DNA from: Sedimentisphaerales bacterium
GTDB lineage: Bacteria > Planctomycetota > Phycisphaerae > Sedimentisphaerales > SM23-30
Assembly: GCA_963666285.1 (NCBI GenBank)
Contig: OY762711.1
Length of the DNA: 64,000 nt
Direction: 5' to 3' (one strand)
Shown in pieces: positions 20,712-31,151 of this stretch. The notes beneath the pieces were generated by a model that saw only the letters and a list, made by a program, of their open reading frames with translations, was not told where the DNA came from and ran no database searches. Made by a program: the position numbers and the translations under genes. Position 1 is the stretch's first letter. Every line of letters begins with the position of its first letter.

Positions 20712-22820
20712 TTATTTTTCGGACTGTTTTTTGTTTCTATTCCGTTTGTTCCAAAGCAGCAATCCCAGCATAATCGGGCCAACAGGTCCGCCGCCGCCAC
20801 CGCCGAAACCAGGGGCCGGCCGGTTATTGAACGATCCGTTATTGTTGTTACCGTTACCAGAGTTGTTGTCAGTGCGGTAGCTTTTAACCGGTTGTGACTG
20901 TTTTTTCTGCTGGGCGGTTCTTTCTTTGTTAACACGTCCTGCATTGCTGCGTTGTATGCCTTCGTTTTCGAATTGCTCTTCTGACATGACGATCATAGAT
21001 GTGTAGTCTGTTACCAGTGAGTATTCCTGACCAAGGTTAACGATTTTAGCTCTCAAGGTTTCATTTTCGCCGAAATCTCTGATTTCCTGCATATAATTAT
21101 CTATATGAGACAGGGCCCACATTCTTTCAAGTTCCGGGTTATCTGTATCCTGTTCTGGCAGGAATGCTTTACATTGCCATGATTTGTTTTCGCCTGATAT
21201 TTTGGCTTTTAATTCCAGCTCAACGATGCCCGTTCCTTTGTATTTGCCAAATACAACCAGCTGCTGGCCCTGGTAAAGGCCGGTTGGCTTAGCAGGTGAA
21301 ATGTCATATACTTTTTCACCATGAAATTTTAGTTCAACGTCGTGCATGTTCTGGTAGAGTACCTTGGCTTTAGCCTGCATGATTCTTCCGACAATATCAT
21401 CGTTGTTGGAGATATTCATAGCGAAACCGCCGGATACCTGGGCAAGTCTTTCCATAAGCGGCTGGTTGACACTATTGCCGATAACAAAGGTGAAGAGCCT
21501 TACATCGTATTTATCAAGCAGGTCAATAAAGGCTCGGTGTGCGGTTTCTCCAACGTTTGCAACACCGTCGGTTACAAGTATTAAGTTTGTTGTGCGGTCA
21601 TCATCAAGTCTGTTATACCCCATCTTCAATCCTTCATATAGATTTGTTCCGTTATTGGCGACGATGGAATTTATTGATGCTATTGTCTGGTTTATGTTTT
21701 CTTTTGTAGCCTGTATATAGCCGGAAGTGAAATCATTGGCGGTATTGTTAAAAGTGATTATTCGATATCGGTCATTACTATTCATTTTACCTAATACTTT
21801 TGATACGCCACCGGTAAGAGTCTGGATTTTTCCACCGCTCATGCTGCCGGATTTATCAAGGATAAATACCCAGTCTATACCTTCTGTGATGGGTTTGAGG
21901 TCTGCTGCAGGGGTGATGACGGCCATAAGTGTTCCCTCGCTGTTTTTGTCTTCACGATATGGGATAAGTTCAATTCGGGCAGGTACATCATCGGCGAGAC
22001 GGTAATAAAAGACTATATCCTGTGATAGGCTGAATTGGCCATTGTTAGTAATTTCGGCGGTATAATGATTGCTGTATGATTGAGTTTCAGCATTTTCAAC
22101 TTCATTCTTCGCAGTAGAATCATCAGACAGCGGATTCTGGGAGTTTATTACAGCCTTATTCATGTATCCCGGCATCCGAACATCGATAACAGGAAAGGCT
22201 GATTTAAGCTCAAGGTTGAACGAGAATTCTTCTTCAACAGTATTATTAACTGACCAGAACTGGATGTTTTCATCGTCAGTACCGCCTTCTTCAAGAGGGT
22301 AAACGTATCTGCCGATGTTGGAATCAATTTCTATCGGCTGGTAGTAAACAAGTCTGATCCTGGTATCTTCGTTTGCCTTTACCGGATAAACAGAAACTTC
22401 GAAAGAAAAGTAGTCGTTTTTTTCTGCGAGGGCGGTTTTGTTACCCATATCTTTCTGGTCCTGATAGACCTTTGCGGCTCTTTCTTTTTCCAGTACTTCT
22501 CCGATAACCTCGTTTCCATCAATCCAAAGTGATACTTCAGAAAGGCTTGCCTGTTTAGGAATTGGAAAGGAATATATAGCTTCAAGGTCCTGACTTCCAC
22601 GATTAGCGAATAACTGATCAACCTCGGTTCTGGCGAATCCGTTATTTATTGTTACGTTGACCTTATGGCTTTTCATGTATACATAATCTTTATCGGAGGA
22701 ATTGGTTGGCTGAAGCAAACCGGCTGCCTGGCAAAAGGAAGAAATAGAAAGAAATGAAATTAAGCTAAATAGAAATAATGAAATGTGAAAAGATTTGTTG
22801 TTTGTTTTTTCTGAATACAT
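20712..22820 (-). CDS. VIT + vWA domain protein with GlyGly-CTERM tail
   Basis: Signal peptide; VIT (FARTEVDQLF.N...EAIYSFP); MIDAS DKSGSM and TDG; tail GGGGGGPVGPIMLGLLLWNKRNRNKK. Confidence 0.9.
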   Translation of the reverse strand: MYSEKTNNKSFHISLFLFSLISFLSISSFCQAAGLLQPTNSSDKDYVYMKSHKVNVTINNGFARTEVDQLFANRGSQDLEAIYSFPIPKQASLSEVSLWIDGNEVIGEVLEKERAAKVYQDQKDMGNKTALAEKNDYFSFEVSVYPVKANEDTRIRLVYYQPIEIDSNIGRYVYPLEEGGTDDENIQFWSVNNTVEEEFSFNLELKSAFPVIDVRMPGYMNKAVINSQNPLSDDSTAKNEVENAETQSYSNHYTAEITNNGQFSLSQDIVFYYRLADDVPARIELIPYREDKNSEGTLMAVITPAADLKPITEGIDWVFILDKSGSMSGGKIQTLTGGVSKVLGKMNSNDRYRIITFNNTANDFTSGYIQATKENINQTIASINSIVANNGTNLYEGLKMGYNRLDDDRTTNLILVTDGVANVGETAHRAFIDLLDKYDVRLFTFVIGNSVNQPLMERLAQVSGGFAMNISNNDDIVGRIMQAKAKVLYQNMHDVELKFHGEKVYDISPAKPTGLYQGQQLVVFGKYKGTGIVELELKAKISGENKSWQCKAFLPEQDTDNPELERMWALSHIDNYMQEIRDFGENETLRAKIVNLGQEYSLVTDYTSMIVMSEEQFENEGIQRSNAGRVNKERTAQQKKQSQPVKSYRTDNNSGNGNNNNGSFNNRPAPGFGGGGGGPVGPIMLGLLLWNKRNRNKKQSEK

Positions 22821-22872
22821 TTTGTGTCTCCTTGTTTAGATGTCTTTGTTCAAGTAATAACAAAATGTATTT

Positions 22873-22889
22873 AACAATCGGCGTGCCAA
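22873..22889 (-). promoter_or_regulatory. Putative sigma-54 (-24/-12) promoter of the VIT-vWA operon
   Basis: Minus strand TTGGCACG-CCGA-TTGTT versus consensus TGGCACG-N4-TTGC; -12 C is replaced by T. Confidence 0.55.
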
Positions 22890-23023
22890 TTGCAGTAACT
22901 AGCTGTAAGTCTATGTTTGATAGTGCTTTATGTGTTTTTGTTTTTCTGCGTGTGATTGCGGTTTGGGTTTTTGATGTACCAGTAGTGAATGTGCTGTATA
23001 CTTTAATTGTACATTTGGGAATA

Positions 23024-23052
23024 AAAAAAGCAGGCCAATCTGACCTGCTTTT
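23024..23052 (-). terminator. Intrinsic terminator
   Basis: AAAAGCAGG/CCTGCTTTT inverted repeat with A/T tracts downstream of the TPR gene. Confidence 0.65.
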
Positions 23053-23081
23053 ATATGTATTTATTCAGTTATCTGTTGGTT

Positions 23082-25139
23082 TTACTTATGCAGTTGGTGC
23101 TCTTTTTGTATTTGTTCCGATCTGCTAAGTGGCGGTACCATACTCTTGATAACTCTAAGCTCCTTGTTGGCTATGCCCGGCTTGATCTTATTTGCTGCCT
23201 GCCACTTTGAATGTGCCATTTGCAAAATACTGTTTCTTGTTTCCGGGTCTTTTTTGCAGTTAGCCAGGCGGAACAGGGCATTGCCCCAGCTATGCAGTGT
23301 GTTAGATTTATCAGGTTTTAATTTTATGGCTTCTTCGAATTTTTCACAGGCCTTTTGAAGAAGTGATTCCTGTAGTGTGCCGCTGCGATAGCGAGCCTGG
23401 ATAATCAAAGCATTGCCCCAATTGCTTAAAGCTTCGTGGTTTGAAGGATTAAGACTGATTGAAGTTTCAAATTTTCTGCGTGCCAGAGCAAGTGTTTTTT
23501 CAGCTTCATGAGTGTTAGAGTAAGTAAGTGCCAGGTTTTTCAGAATGATACCCCAGTTATTAAATATTTTGTAATTACTGCTGTCGAGTATAGAAGCTTT
23601 ATGCATTTTTTTGTTAGCCAGCTTCAACAGTTCTGTGCCTTCATTACCTTTTATGTCGGCTGCGTGCCTGGCAAGCATTTGCCCCCAAGTATCATATATT
23701 TCAGCATCAGCAGGTTTGATCTCTGCAAGCTGGCTGCAAATTTCTGCGCCATCAGCGAAGTTATGCCATTTTTGAGCATGTTCAAGTTTCTTCAGCAGTT
23801 TGCTTTCATCTATATCTTTGTCCTGATTTTGTGTGTTAGTAATTGATTTTGCTTTAGGTGTTTCCTTGACAATTTCCTCAGTTATGGATTCCAGGTCAAC
23901 TTCTTTAGGCATTACAGCGTTGTTCTGTGTTAATGGTTTTTCCTGTTTATCATTTTCTATTTTTGGTTTTATTACCGGTTGTTCAGTTTTGTTGTTTTTG
24001 AGCAGGTTGCTGCTTTTTAGTCCGTCCATAAAGCTGCTTAGACTATTCGAGCTGCTTTCAGAAGGCATGTTCATGGATTTATGCTGATTCAGGATAGCCT
24101 TTTGTCTTTCGATTGACTCGCGAAGCATAGCTGCGTGATCTAATGCTGTAGTAGAGTGACTTGGTTTGTTTGAACTTGTCACGGCTGTTTTATTAGTCTC
24201 AGCCTTGATGATATCCATCCAGTTTTGTTGAGGTTTTGGAGCAGAATTTAATCCGGCAGCTTGAGTAGCAGTTAATCCTGACGAGTTTGTATTAGAATTG
24301 ATTGAGGTCATTATCCCGGTCTGTTTTTCTGATAATGCTCTAATTTGTTCTGAGGCGATATCTTTTATGTTTCTGACACCATCAGCAACAGTCTGGTTAA
24401 GCTGGTTTTCAAGTTCGTGGACCTGGTTAGCTAAGGATTTGCTTAGTTCTTTATTGGCTCTTTTGAGGATATCAAGTGATTTTTTATTAAGTTCAATTGA
24501 GGTATTTATACTTGTGTCGATGTGGTTCCTCTGAGCTTTAGCTGAATCAACCGCAGCTTCCAAAGCATCGATATGTTCGGATATTTCACTAATGTGGCTG
24601 TAGTGATTTTCCAGTTCCCATTCTTTTATATTATTCTGGAGATCGCTGATATCATTAATAAGCTGAGAAGCTTTAAGAGCAGCGTGGTGATTTCGTTTTA
24701 GCTCTTTTTTAACCATTATCAGCAGCACTCCACTGACTATCAGGGCACCAAAGCCTGGCAGCCAGGCATAAAATACTGACTGGAAAGATTCTGAAGGTTG
24801 CGGAGTAGCGGCAGCAGGCTGAATATCTGTAGTTTTTTGATCGACAGCATTTTGAGTATTTGTAAGACCGCTGTCTATCTGGCTGCTTGAAAGTACTTCC
24901 GATGCCATATTTTTAGAAATAGGTTTTTCCTGCTTGTTAAGCAGTAAATCAGCCTCTTTCAACAGGAGTCTGGTTTCTTCATCCGTAGCATTTTTAGACC
25001 AGGCGGGCTGTGTGTGTGTGCCGGGAACCTGCTGCATTTGTACTTGGTTTTGAGAAGAGCCGGTTGTTTGCTGGGCATAGACAGGTATGGAAACAAGAAT
25101 AATGAAAATGGCTATCAGCGTATTGATTTTCTTCAACAT
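23082..25139 (-). CDS. Membrane-anchored coiled-coil protein with C-terminal TPR repeats
   Basis: Signal peptide, TM near aa 125-142, coiled coil, low-complexity linker, repeated NNWG/SNWGNAL/SWGNAL TPR units. Confidence 0.7.
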   Translation of the reverse strand: MLKKINTLIAIFIILVSIPVYAQQTTGSSQNQVQMQQVPGTHTQPAWSKNATDEETRLLLKEADLLLNKQEKPISKNMASEVLSSSQIDSGLTNTQNAVDQKTTDIQPAAATPQPSESFQSVFYAWLPGFGALIVSGVLLIMVKKELKRNHHAALKASQLINDISDLQNNIKEWELENHYSHISEISEHIDALEAAVDSAKAQRNHIDTSINTSIELNKKSLDILKRANKELSKSLANQVHELENQLNQTVADGVRNIKDIASEQIRALSEKQTGIMTSINSNTNSSGLTATQAAGLNSAPKPQQNWMDIIKAETNKTAVTSSNKPSHSTTALDHAAMLRESIERQKAILNQHKSMNMPSESSSNSLSSFMDGLKSSNLLKNNKTEQPVIKPKIENDKQEKPLTQNNAVMPKEVDLESITEEIVKETPKAKSITNTQNQDKDIDESKLLKKLEHAQKWHNFADGAEICSQLAEIKPADAEIYDTWGQMLARHAADIKGNEGTELLKLANKKMHKASILDSSNYKIFNNWGIILKNLALTYSNTHEAEKTLALARRKFETSISLNPSNHEALSNWGNALIIQARYRSGTLQESLLQKACEKFEEAIKLKPDKSNTLHSWGNALFRLANCKKDPETRNSILQMAHSKWQAANKIKPGIANKELRVIKSMVPPLSRSEQIQKEHQLHK

Positions 25140-25267
25140 GGTTTCGCCTCGATTTTATTGCATTGTTACCGAGTTGTCCATCCATGGCGTATCGATAACC
25201 GAAATAATCTTTGCGATGGCGTAATCAATCGCCATCAATTATATATGTCAAGCATTTGTGAATGCTT

Positions 25268-26503
25268 TTATGGCTGCAATTTGACCTGCCTTGGTCCGAT
25301 TGAGCTGAGTGAGAAATCTGCTGCAGGGTTATTCCTGGCATATTCAATTAACTCATCAAGTGTAACGCTATTGATAGCGTTTTCAATTTCTTCCAGTGTG
25401 CGGGTATTTTTTAGATGATAGTAATCGTTGGCAAGGGATCTGGAGCGAGCGCTGCTGGATTCTCCCTGCATGATCAATGATGCTCTAAGCCCGGTTTTGG
25501 CTCTGTCAAGTTCATCTTGGGAAATTCCATCGCCAAGTTTATTGAGTTCATCAATAATTACCGAAACAGCTTCTTGTGATTTTTCCGGAGAGCTGCCGAC
25601 ATAAGCCATCATTGCGCCTTTATTGTCTATTAGAGAGAGGTTTGCTCCTACCGCATAGCAAAGTCCGCGTTTTTCCCTGACTTCTGTAAAGAGGCGGCTT
25701 CCCATTCCTCCCGAAAGGACATTAGCGAGAAGAACCGCTTTGTAGTAGTCTTTATGGCTTATGTGTATCGAAGGCCATGCCAGGCTGATATGAGTTTGTG
25801 AACCTTCATTGGCAATGTGGGAATTTCCTGCATTGAATTCCACCTCGGGTAATGGCTGATTTTCACTTCCTTGCCAGCAGCCGAAGTATTTTTCGATCAT
25901 GTTTTTTGCCTGGTCGAATTCAATTCCTCCTGCGATACTGATAATAGCATCGACAGGGGTATAGTTCTGCTGCCAGTAAGCTTTAACATCAGCACATGTA
26001 ACTTTTTCTACTTCATCCATTTTACCCATCGAAGGTCTGTTCATTGGATGATTCAAAAATGTCTCCTTTGCCAGTATCGATACTTTCTGGCGAGGGTCAT
26101 CTTCAATAGATGCAATTGATTGAAGAGCAAGTGCCTGTGAATTGACAAACTCATTATCGTTCAGGTGAGGCCTGAGTATAATATCAGCGATTAATGCCAG
26201 TGCCTGATCCAGGTTGGAATTAGTTAAAACGCCGGAGAAGCTCGAAGTGAAAATCCCTGCAGAATTATGGTAGTGTAATCCAAGTCTGTCCAGTGCCTGA
26301 TTTAGTTCGATGTTGCTATAATTTCCGGCTCCTCGAAATATATGTTCCGATAATATGTTTGCCGTACCGTTCAGACCGTCATTATCGCGTGCAGAACCAG
26401 ATTTTATTATTATATCAAATGATGCAGATATTCGTTCTGACATCTGTTCTGTTACCAATGTAAGGCCATTGGAAAAATTATGTATATTTATTCTGTTAAG
26501 CAT
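25268..26503 (-). CDS. M16 (pitrilysin) family peptidase, probably non-catalytic subunit
   Basis: NGL, GS.RD, SRLFTEVREKRGLCY; HxxEH degenerate (NILSEH). Confidence 0.88.
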   Translation of the reverse strand: MLNRINIHNFSNGLTLVTEQMSERISASFDIIIKSGSARDNDGLNGTANILSEHIFRGAGNYSNIELNQALDRLGLHYHNSAGIFTSSFSGVLTNSNLDQALALIADIILRPHLNDNEFVNSQALALQSIASIEDDPRQKVSILAKETFLNHPMNRPSMGKMDEVEKVTCADVKAYWQQNYTPVDAIISIAGGIEFDQAKNMIEKYFGCWQGSENQPLPEVEFNAGNSHIANEGSQTHISLAWPSIHISHKDYYKAVLLANVLSGGMGSRLFTEVREKRGLCYAVGANLSLIDNKGAMMAYVGSSPEKSQEAVSVIIDELNKLGDGISQDELDRAKTGLRASLIMQGESSSARSRSLANDYYHLKNTRTLEEIENAINSVTLDELIEYARNNPAADFSLSSIGPRQVKLQP

Positions 26504-26837
26504 TTTATGTCTCTATTGCCAAAAAAAAAATTATACTTTTATTTATCTTATTTCGCCAAAAAGTCCGAATTTTCTTCAAATTTATCATTTTTTATCTAAA
26601 ATTTACCGCTCATTTGACGATTAATCTAGTTAGCAGTAAATTTTGGTGGAAAATTCAATTTTTATATGCGAATAAGGAATAGAGTATTTTGGAACTATAG
26701 CACTATGAATTGTATAATTTTTATGGAATTGCAATAAAAATAATTCTTGACGATAGTGTTTTTTATTCTATACTTTTGCAGTCGCAAAATCGTTTTGCGA
26801 AGGATATATGGAAAGATTTTTACGGAAATAATCAGTT

Positions 26838-27320
26838 ATGACTACTGAAAGAAAAAGTAAAACACCGACAAGGGCGAGACGCAGGAAGAGTGCCCCTGCA
26901 ATAGAAAAGCCTTTAAGTTCGGAAGAAATAGAAGGTTATAGAGAAAAATTGTTGGACATACGTCGTGATCTTCTCGGTGATATGGGTAAGATGGAAAACG
27001 ATGCTTTTGATAAGAATTCCAATGGTGAACTATCCAGTATGCCTGTTCATATGGCTGATATTGGTACCGATAACTATGAGCAGGAATTTACCCTGGGTCT
27101 ATTGGATTCAGAACGAAAAATGCTCAAGGAAGTCGATCACGCACTGGAAAAGATAGCTGAAGGCACCTATGGCGTGTGTGAAGGAACAGGAAAACAGATT
27201 GGCCGAGCTCGTCTGAATGCTAAGCCTTATGCCAGGTATAGTGTTGAATTCAGAACTCTTTTGGAAAAAGGGCTGGTTGATGAGCCAAATGAAAATGAAG
27301 GGCAAGCTGAGTCTGCTTAA
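26838..27320 (+). CDS. dksA: DksA/TraR family protein
   Basis: HMADIGTD...E.DHALEKI..GTYGVCE.TG..I..ARL.A.P. Confidence 0.85.
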   Translation: MTTERKSKTPTRARRRKSAPAIEKPLSSEEIEGYREKLLDIRRDLLGDMGKMENDAFDKNSNGELSSMPVHMADIGTDNYEQEFTLGLLDSERKMLKEVDHALEKIAEGTYGVCEGTGKQIGRARLNAKPYARYSVEFRTLLEKGLVDEPNENEGQAESA

Positions 27321-27347
27321 ATTGCTCAAATAATTTGTAATCAATTA

Positions 27348-27385
27348 AAGCATCGCAAAATATAATGTTGAGCGATGCTTTTTTT
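27348..27385 (+). terminator. Intrinsic terminator
   Basis: AAGCATCGC/GCGATGCTT stem plus T-tract. Confidence 0.7.
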
Positions 27386-27564
27386 ATTGATATTTGTCTA
27401 TGTGGATAGTCTTTGTTACGTTAAAAAGATAAATAAAAAGTTTGTAACTATCTGGTAAATTTCTATTATAAAAGGGTGCCAGGAATTCCTTAGTTGAATT
27501 CATTTACATGTAAACCGAGCTTACCCCTCGATTCGGCTGCAACAGAAAATTATTAAAGAATAAA

Positions 27565-28134
27565 ATGACAAATAAATTAGAAAAGAAAGAAATTGCTCTA
27601 TTTAACCCATTGCCGCATATTATTTTATGGGTAATATTTGCTATTGGTCTGGCAATAGACCTGGTTTCAAAAAAAATGGTTTTAGAGCATATTGGTACGC
27701 CTGAAAATCAAAAGCCGATAGAAATTGTTGAAGGCTGGCTCAGGTTCAGTACAGTCTTAAATCCTGGCGCTGTATGGGGATCATTCGCAAATAAAACATT
27801 TTTTCTGCTGGGAGTTTCTTTTGTCGCAGTTATATTTATTTTCTGGCTATTCTCAACCTCAAACAAAAAGGCATGGCATGTCCATCTGTCGTGCGGCATG
27901 ATACTGGCAGGTGCGTGCGGCAATATTCATGACAGGCTATTCAATGAAGGGCATGTAGTTGACTTTATAGAGGTTAATTTACATTTTTGGCCTGCTAACC
28001 CTTGGCCTACATTTAATATTGCTGACAGTCTCCTTTGTGTTGGCGTTCCAATTTTGGTAATACCAATGCTGATTACTGATATTGCAGCTATTTCAAAACA
28101 TAAAAAGAAAAATTGTAACGAGCTCAATGCCTGA
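27565..28134 (+). CDS. lspA: Lipoprotein signal peptidase (signal peptidase II)
   Basis: DLVSK, NPGAVWG, GACGNIHDR, VVDFI, PTFNIAD. Confidence 0.95.
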   Translation: MTNKLEKKEIALFNPLPHIILWVIFAIGLAIDLVSKKMVLEHIGTPENQKPIEIVEGWLRFSTVLNPGAVWGSFANKTFFLLGVSFVAVIFIFWLFSTSNKKAWHVHLSCGMILAGACGNIHDRLFNEGHVVDFIEVNLHFWPANPWPTFNIADSLLCVGVPILVIPMLITDIAAISKHKKKNCNELNA

Positions 28135-28289
28135 TTATTTAAACATCTGTAAAGTATTGATTTAGGCTGTTTTTTGTTTTTTTACAGTTCGTGAAAAAAA
28201 GTTCACAAACAGCTTGATATGCTAAAAATCATATGATATAATACTGGTCTTTGACAAAGCTCATCTATGATCTTTGTTAAAACTTTGCC

Positions 28290-28372
28290 GGGTCGATGCC
28301 CGAGTGGCTAAAGGGGACGGGCTGTAAACCCGTTGGCGAAAGCCTTCGATGGTTCGAATCCATCTCGGCCCA
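28290..28372 (+). tRNA. tRNA-Tyr (GTA)
   Basis: Acceptor GGGTCGA/TCGGCCC, anticodon arm ACGGG-CTGTAAA-CCCGT, long variable arm, GGTTCGAATCC; CCA not encoded; terminator at ~28377-28409. Confidence 0.97.
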
Positions 28373-28574
28373 TATAACCTGCATTTCTTTTAGGATGTGC
28401 AGGTTTTTTTATGCGCATACAAAATGTGAGTTTTTATGAGATGAATTTTGTTTAGCAGCAGTCATTAATATATACAGGTATTTTTTTGTATTTTGCCTGG
28501 ATTTGATAGGAATCCGGTATTTACCCGTGAATGTCTTATGTTGTACCGGGAGTTTTGTAAAGCAGGGCTTGAGA

Positions 28575-31151
28575 ATGAAAACACATATTGCCGGATTTAT
28601 AACTAAATATTGCCGGTTGCTCTCGGTATTAACATTATTATCTCTTGTCATACCGCTAATGCAGTTTCCAAAGGTATCTGTTCATAATTCAGTTGAAATG
28701 TGGCTGTCACCTGATCAGCCTGCCTTTAATTCATACAAGAAGTTTCTAAATAGATATGGTTCCGAACAGTTTATAGTACTGGCATCACGATGGGATGACC
28801 CGCTGGCTGATGAGGCACTTGATCTTCAGGTGGGTCTTGCACGTGATATTCAGAGAATACCTTCTGTGCAAAGTGTTTTTGATTTTGGTACAATTGCACG
28901 GCATGTAGAGGCTTCTCAAGTGAGTATGCAGGAAGTGTTAAGGGCAGGAGGGCAGTTATTTCAGGCTAAAGACACTATAGAAAGTGAAGCGTCTGAATCA
29001 CCTGCTAGCAGTGCAACTCCCTCAGCCCCTAAATCAGTTCTTTCAGGCAGTGTATTAGAGAATGTAAGTGATTTATATATGGCGATGCATTCTCTCGGCG
29101 TAAGTTTCAATGATTTTCGTGTTGCAGCTGATAATGTGTCTAATGCTTGTGTGGTGTTTGGGGATGAAATAGAAAGATATTTTAATGCAGTAACCAAAGA
29201 ATATTCCGGCAGCTACACGATACCGTCCTTTCTCTATTGTGCTTGTAGAGAACTTGCATACTCATATGTTGAATTATCTAATGAATTTTCCCGTTTGAAT
29301 ATTGATGACTATGCGAGGTTTGTTGGTATTAATCGCCCGGATTGGCGAACTTTTATGCGAACAGAGCCGTTGTTTAAGAATTTTATTATTGGCCCTGACG
29401 GTCACACTGTAGGAATGATAATTACAATTGATAATAAACTGCCAATTACAGAAACTGTGGAAGCTGTTAACAATGCTATTGGTAATTCAGGCATAAGTCA
29501 AAACAATGTTTTCCTGGCAGGAACACCTTTGATAAATATTGAGTTTGATAGAGGTTCCAAATTGGTTTCGATAAGATTTTTACCAGTTGCAATAGGGATT
29601 GGGACAATAGCTTTAATAGTTATTATACGCAATATCGTGGGTTGCATAGCCATAACAGTTACCCTGGTATCTTCGATGATCTGGACTATAGGTTTGCTGA
29701 TTATGTCAGGTCGGAGCATGAATATGGTGACTATAACTCTTCCGGCTTTACTTATATGTCTTGCTTTAGCGGGAAATATTCATATTGTTACTCATTATTT
29801 CTACCTGATGACCTCCGGAGTAAAATCTTATGATGCACTAAAAAGAACTGTCAGCACAATGCTTTTTCCAGTATTTATGACAAGCCTGACAACCGCGGTA
29901 GGTTTTGCTTCTGTGATGGTTTCCGTTATCAGGCCGATACAGGACTTTGGTTTGTTTGCTGCTATAGGTATAATGATTTCCGGTCTATTCAATTTTATTT
30001 TACTTCCCGGTATATTATCTTTTAATCAAGTTATTCCACGATCTGAGCAATTTAGCTCGCAGCACTGGACGCATAGGTTTATTGTTTTATTTTCTTTACG
30101 CAGACTTGTTTTTTTTACTGCCGTTATATTATTTGGTTTTGGACTTTTCTTTGCGGTGAAAGTTAAGGCAAACAGTGATACTGTTTCGTTTTTGCCTTCA
30201 GACAGCAAAGTTACAAAGGACTATTATGCTATAATGAATAACTTGACAGGTCTGTACTCAATTGAGGTTGATATCGAATCTACCGGAGCCAATCGAGAGA
30301 ATACGCTTAAAGCGATACATACTATAGCAGCAAAGCTGGATGAAAATCCTCTTGTTGCCAAGGTATTGTATCCGGGGCAGTTTAAGTCTTTTATATCTCG
30401 TCTAGGTTTGCCGGCAATTGTTTCATTTTATTCAGACCCAAACAAGGATAAGTTTCTCGGGATGCTGAAACGTTTCCAGGCTAAAGATTACACAAGCAAC
30501 CATTGGCGTTTGACTATATTTTCTCGAGCTCAGGGATCAGCGGGCTGCCAGGAACTTCAGTCGCAGATTCAGGATGAGTTAAAAGTTTTGGATTCAATCG
30601 CAGAATATTCAGTTACCGGGCTGGTGCCATTACTGAATGAATCGCAAAATGCTATTGTGCATACACAGATTCGCAGCTTTTCCATTGCTGTTGTTGTAAT
30701 TATGCTATTGATAGGTATTTTTATGAGGTCTTTCAAGGCACTTCTGGCAGCGATTGTGCCAAATGCACTTCCAATAGTGACACTATTTGCCTTTATGGCG
30801 GTTTGTGGCATCAATCTCGATGTTGCTACTGTTATGATTGCCGGTATTGCAACCGGAATTGCCGCGGATGATACTATACATTTTCTTGCATGCTATCAGA
30901 CTCTCAGGCCCCGGCATTCATCGTCAAAGAGTGCATTAATCGCGGTATATGATCAGACAGGGCGGAGTATTACCTGGACATCAATAATTGCAGCATGCGG
31001 GTTCTCAATTCTGCTTTTGGCACCATTTAAGCCGCTGCAATATTTTGGCTTGCTCGGATCGGTTACTATGTTGACAGCATGGCTATGTGACATAATAGTT
31101 TTGCCGGCATGCATCAATTTACTGAATTTATGGGAGCCGACAGGTAAATAA
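28575..31151 (+). CDS. MMPL/RND-superfamily transporter
   Basis: Two TM bundles; TSLTTAVGF.S, GIAADDTIHFL; start ATG 28575 chosen. Confidence 0.88.
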   Translation: MKTHIAGFITKYCRLLSVLTLLSLVIPLMQFPKVSVHNSVEMWLSPDQPAFNSYKKFLNRYGSEQFIVLASRWDDPLADEALDLQVGLARDIQRIPSVQSVFDFGTIARHVEASQVSMQEVLRAGGQLFQAKDTIESEASESPASSATPSAPKSVLSGSVLENVSDLYMAMHSLGVSFNDFRVAADNVSNACVVFGDEIERYFNAVTKEYSGSYTIPSFLYCACRELAYSYVELSNEFSRLNIDDYARFVGINRPDWRTFMRTEPLFKNFIIGPDGHTVGMIITIDNKLPITETVEAVNNAIGNSGISQNNVFLAGTPLINIEFDRGSKLVSIRFLPVAIGIGTIALIVIIRNIVGCIAITVTLVSSMIWTIGLLIMSGRSMNMVTITLPALLICLALAGNIHIVTHYFYLMTSGVKSYDALKRTVSTMLFPVFMTSLTTAVGFASVMVSVIRPIQDFGLFAAIGIMISGLFNFILLPGILSFNQVIPRSEQFSSQHWTHRFIVLFSLRRLVFFTAVILFGFGLFFAVKVKANSDTVSFLPSDSKVTKDYYAIMNNLTGLYSIEVDIESTGANRENTLKAIHTIAAKLDENPLVAKVLYPGQFKSFISRLGLPAIVSFYSDPNKDKFLGMLKRFQAKDYTSNHWRLTIFSRAQGSAGCQELQSQIQDELKVLDSIAEYSVTGLVPLLNESQNAIVHTQIRSFSIAVVVIMLLIGIFMRSFKALLAAIVPNALPIVTLFAFMAVCGINLDVATVMIAGIATGIAADDTIHFLACYQTLRPRHSSSKSALIAVYDQTGRSITWTSIIAACGFSILLLAPFKPLQYFGLLGSVTMLTAWLCDIIVLPACINLLNLWEPTGK

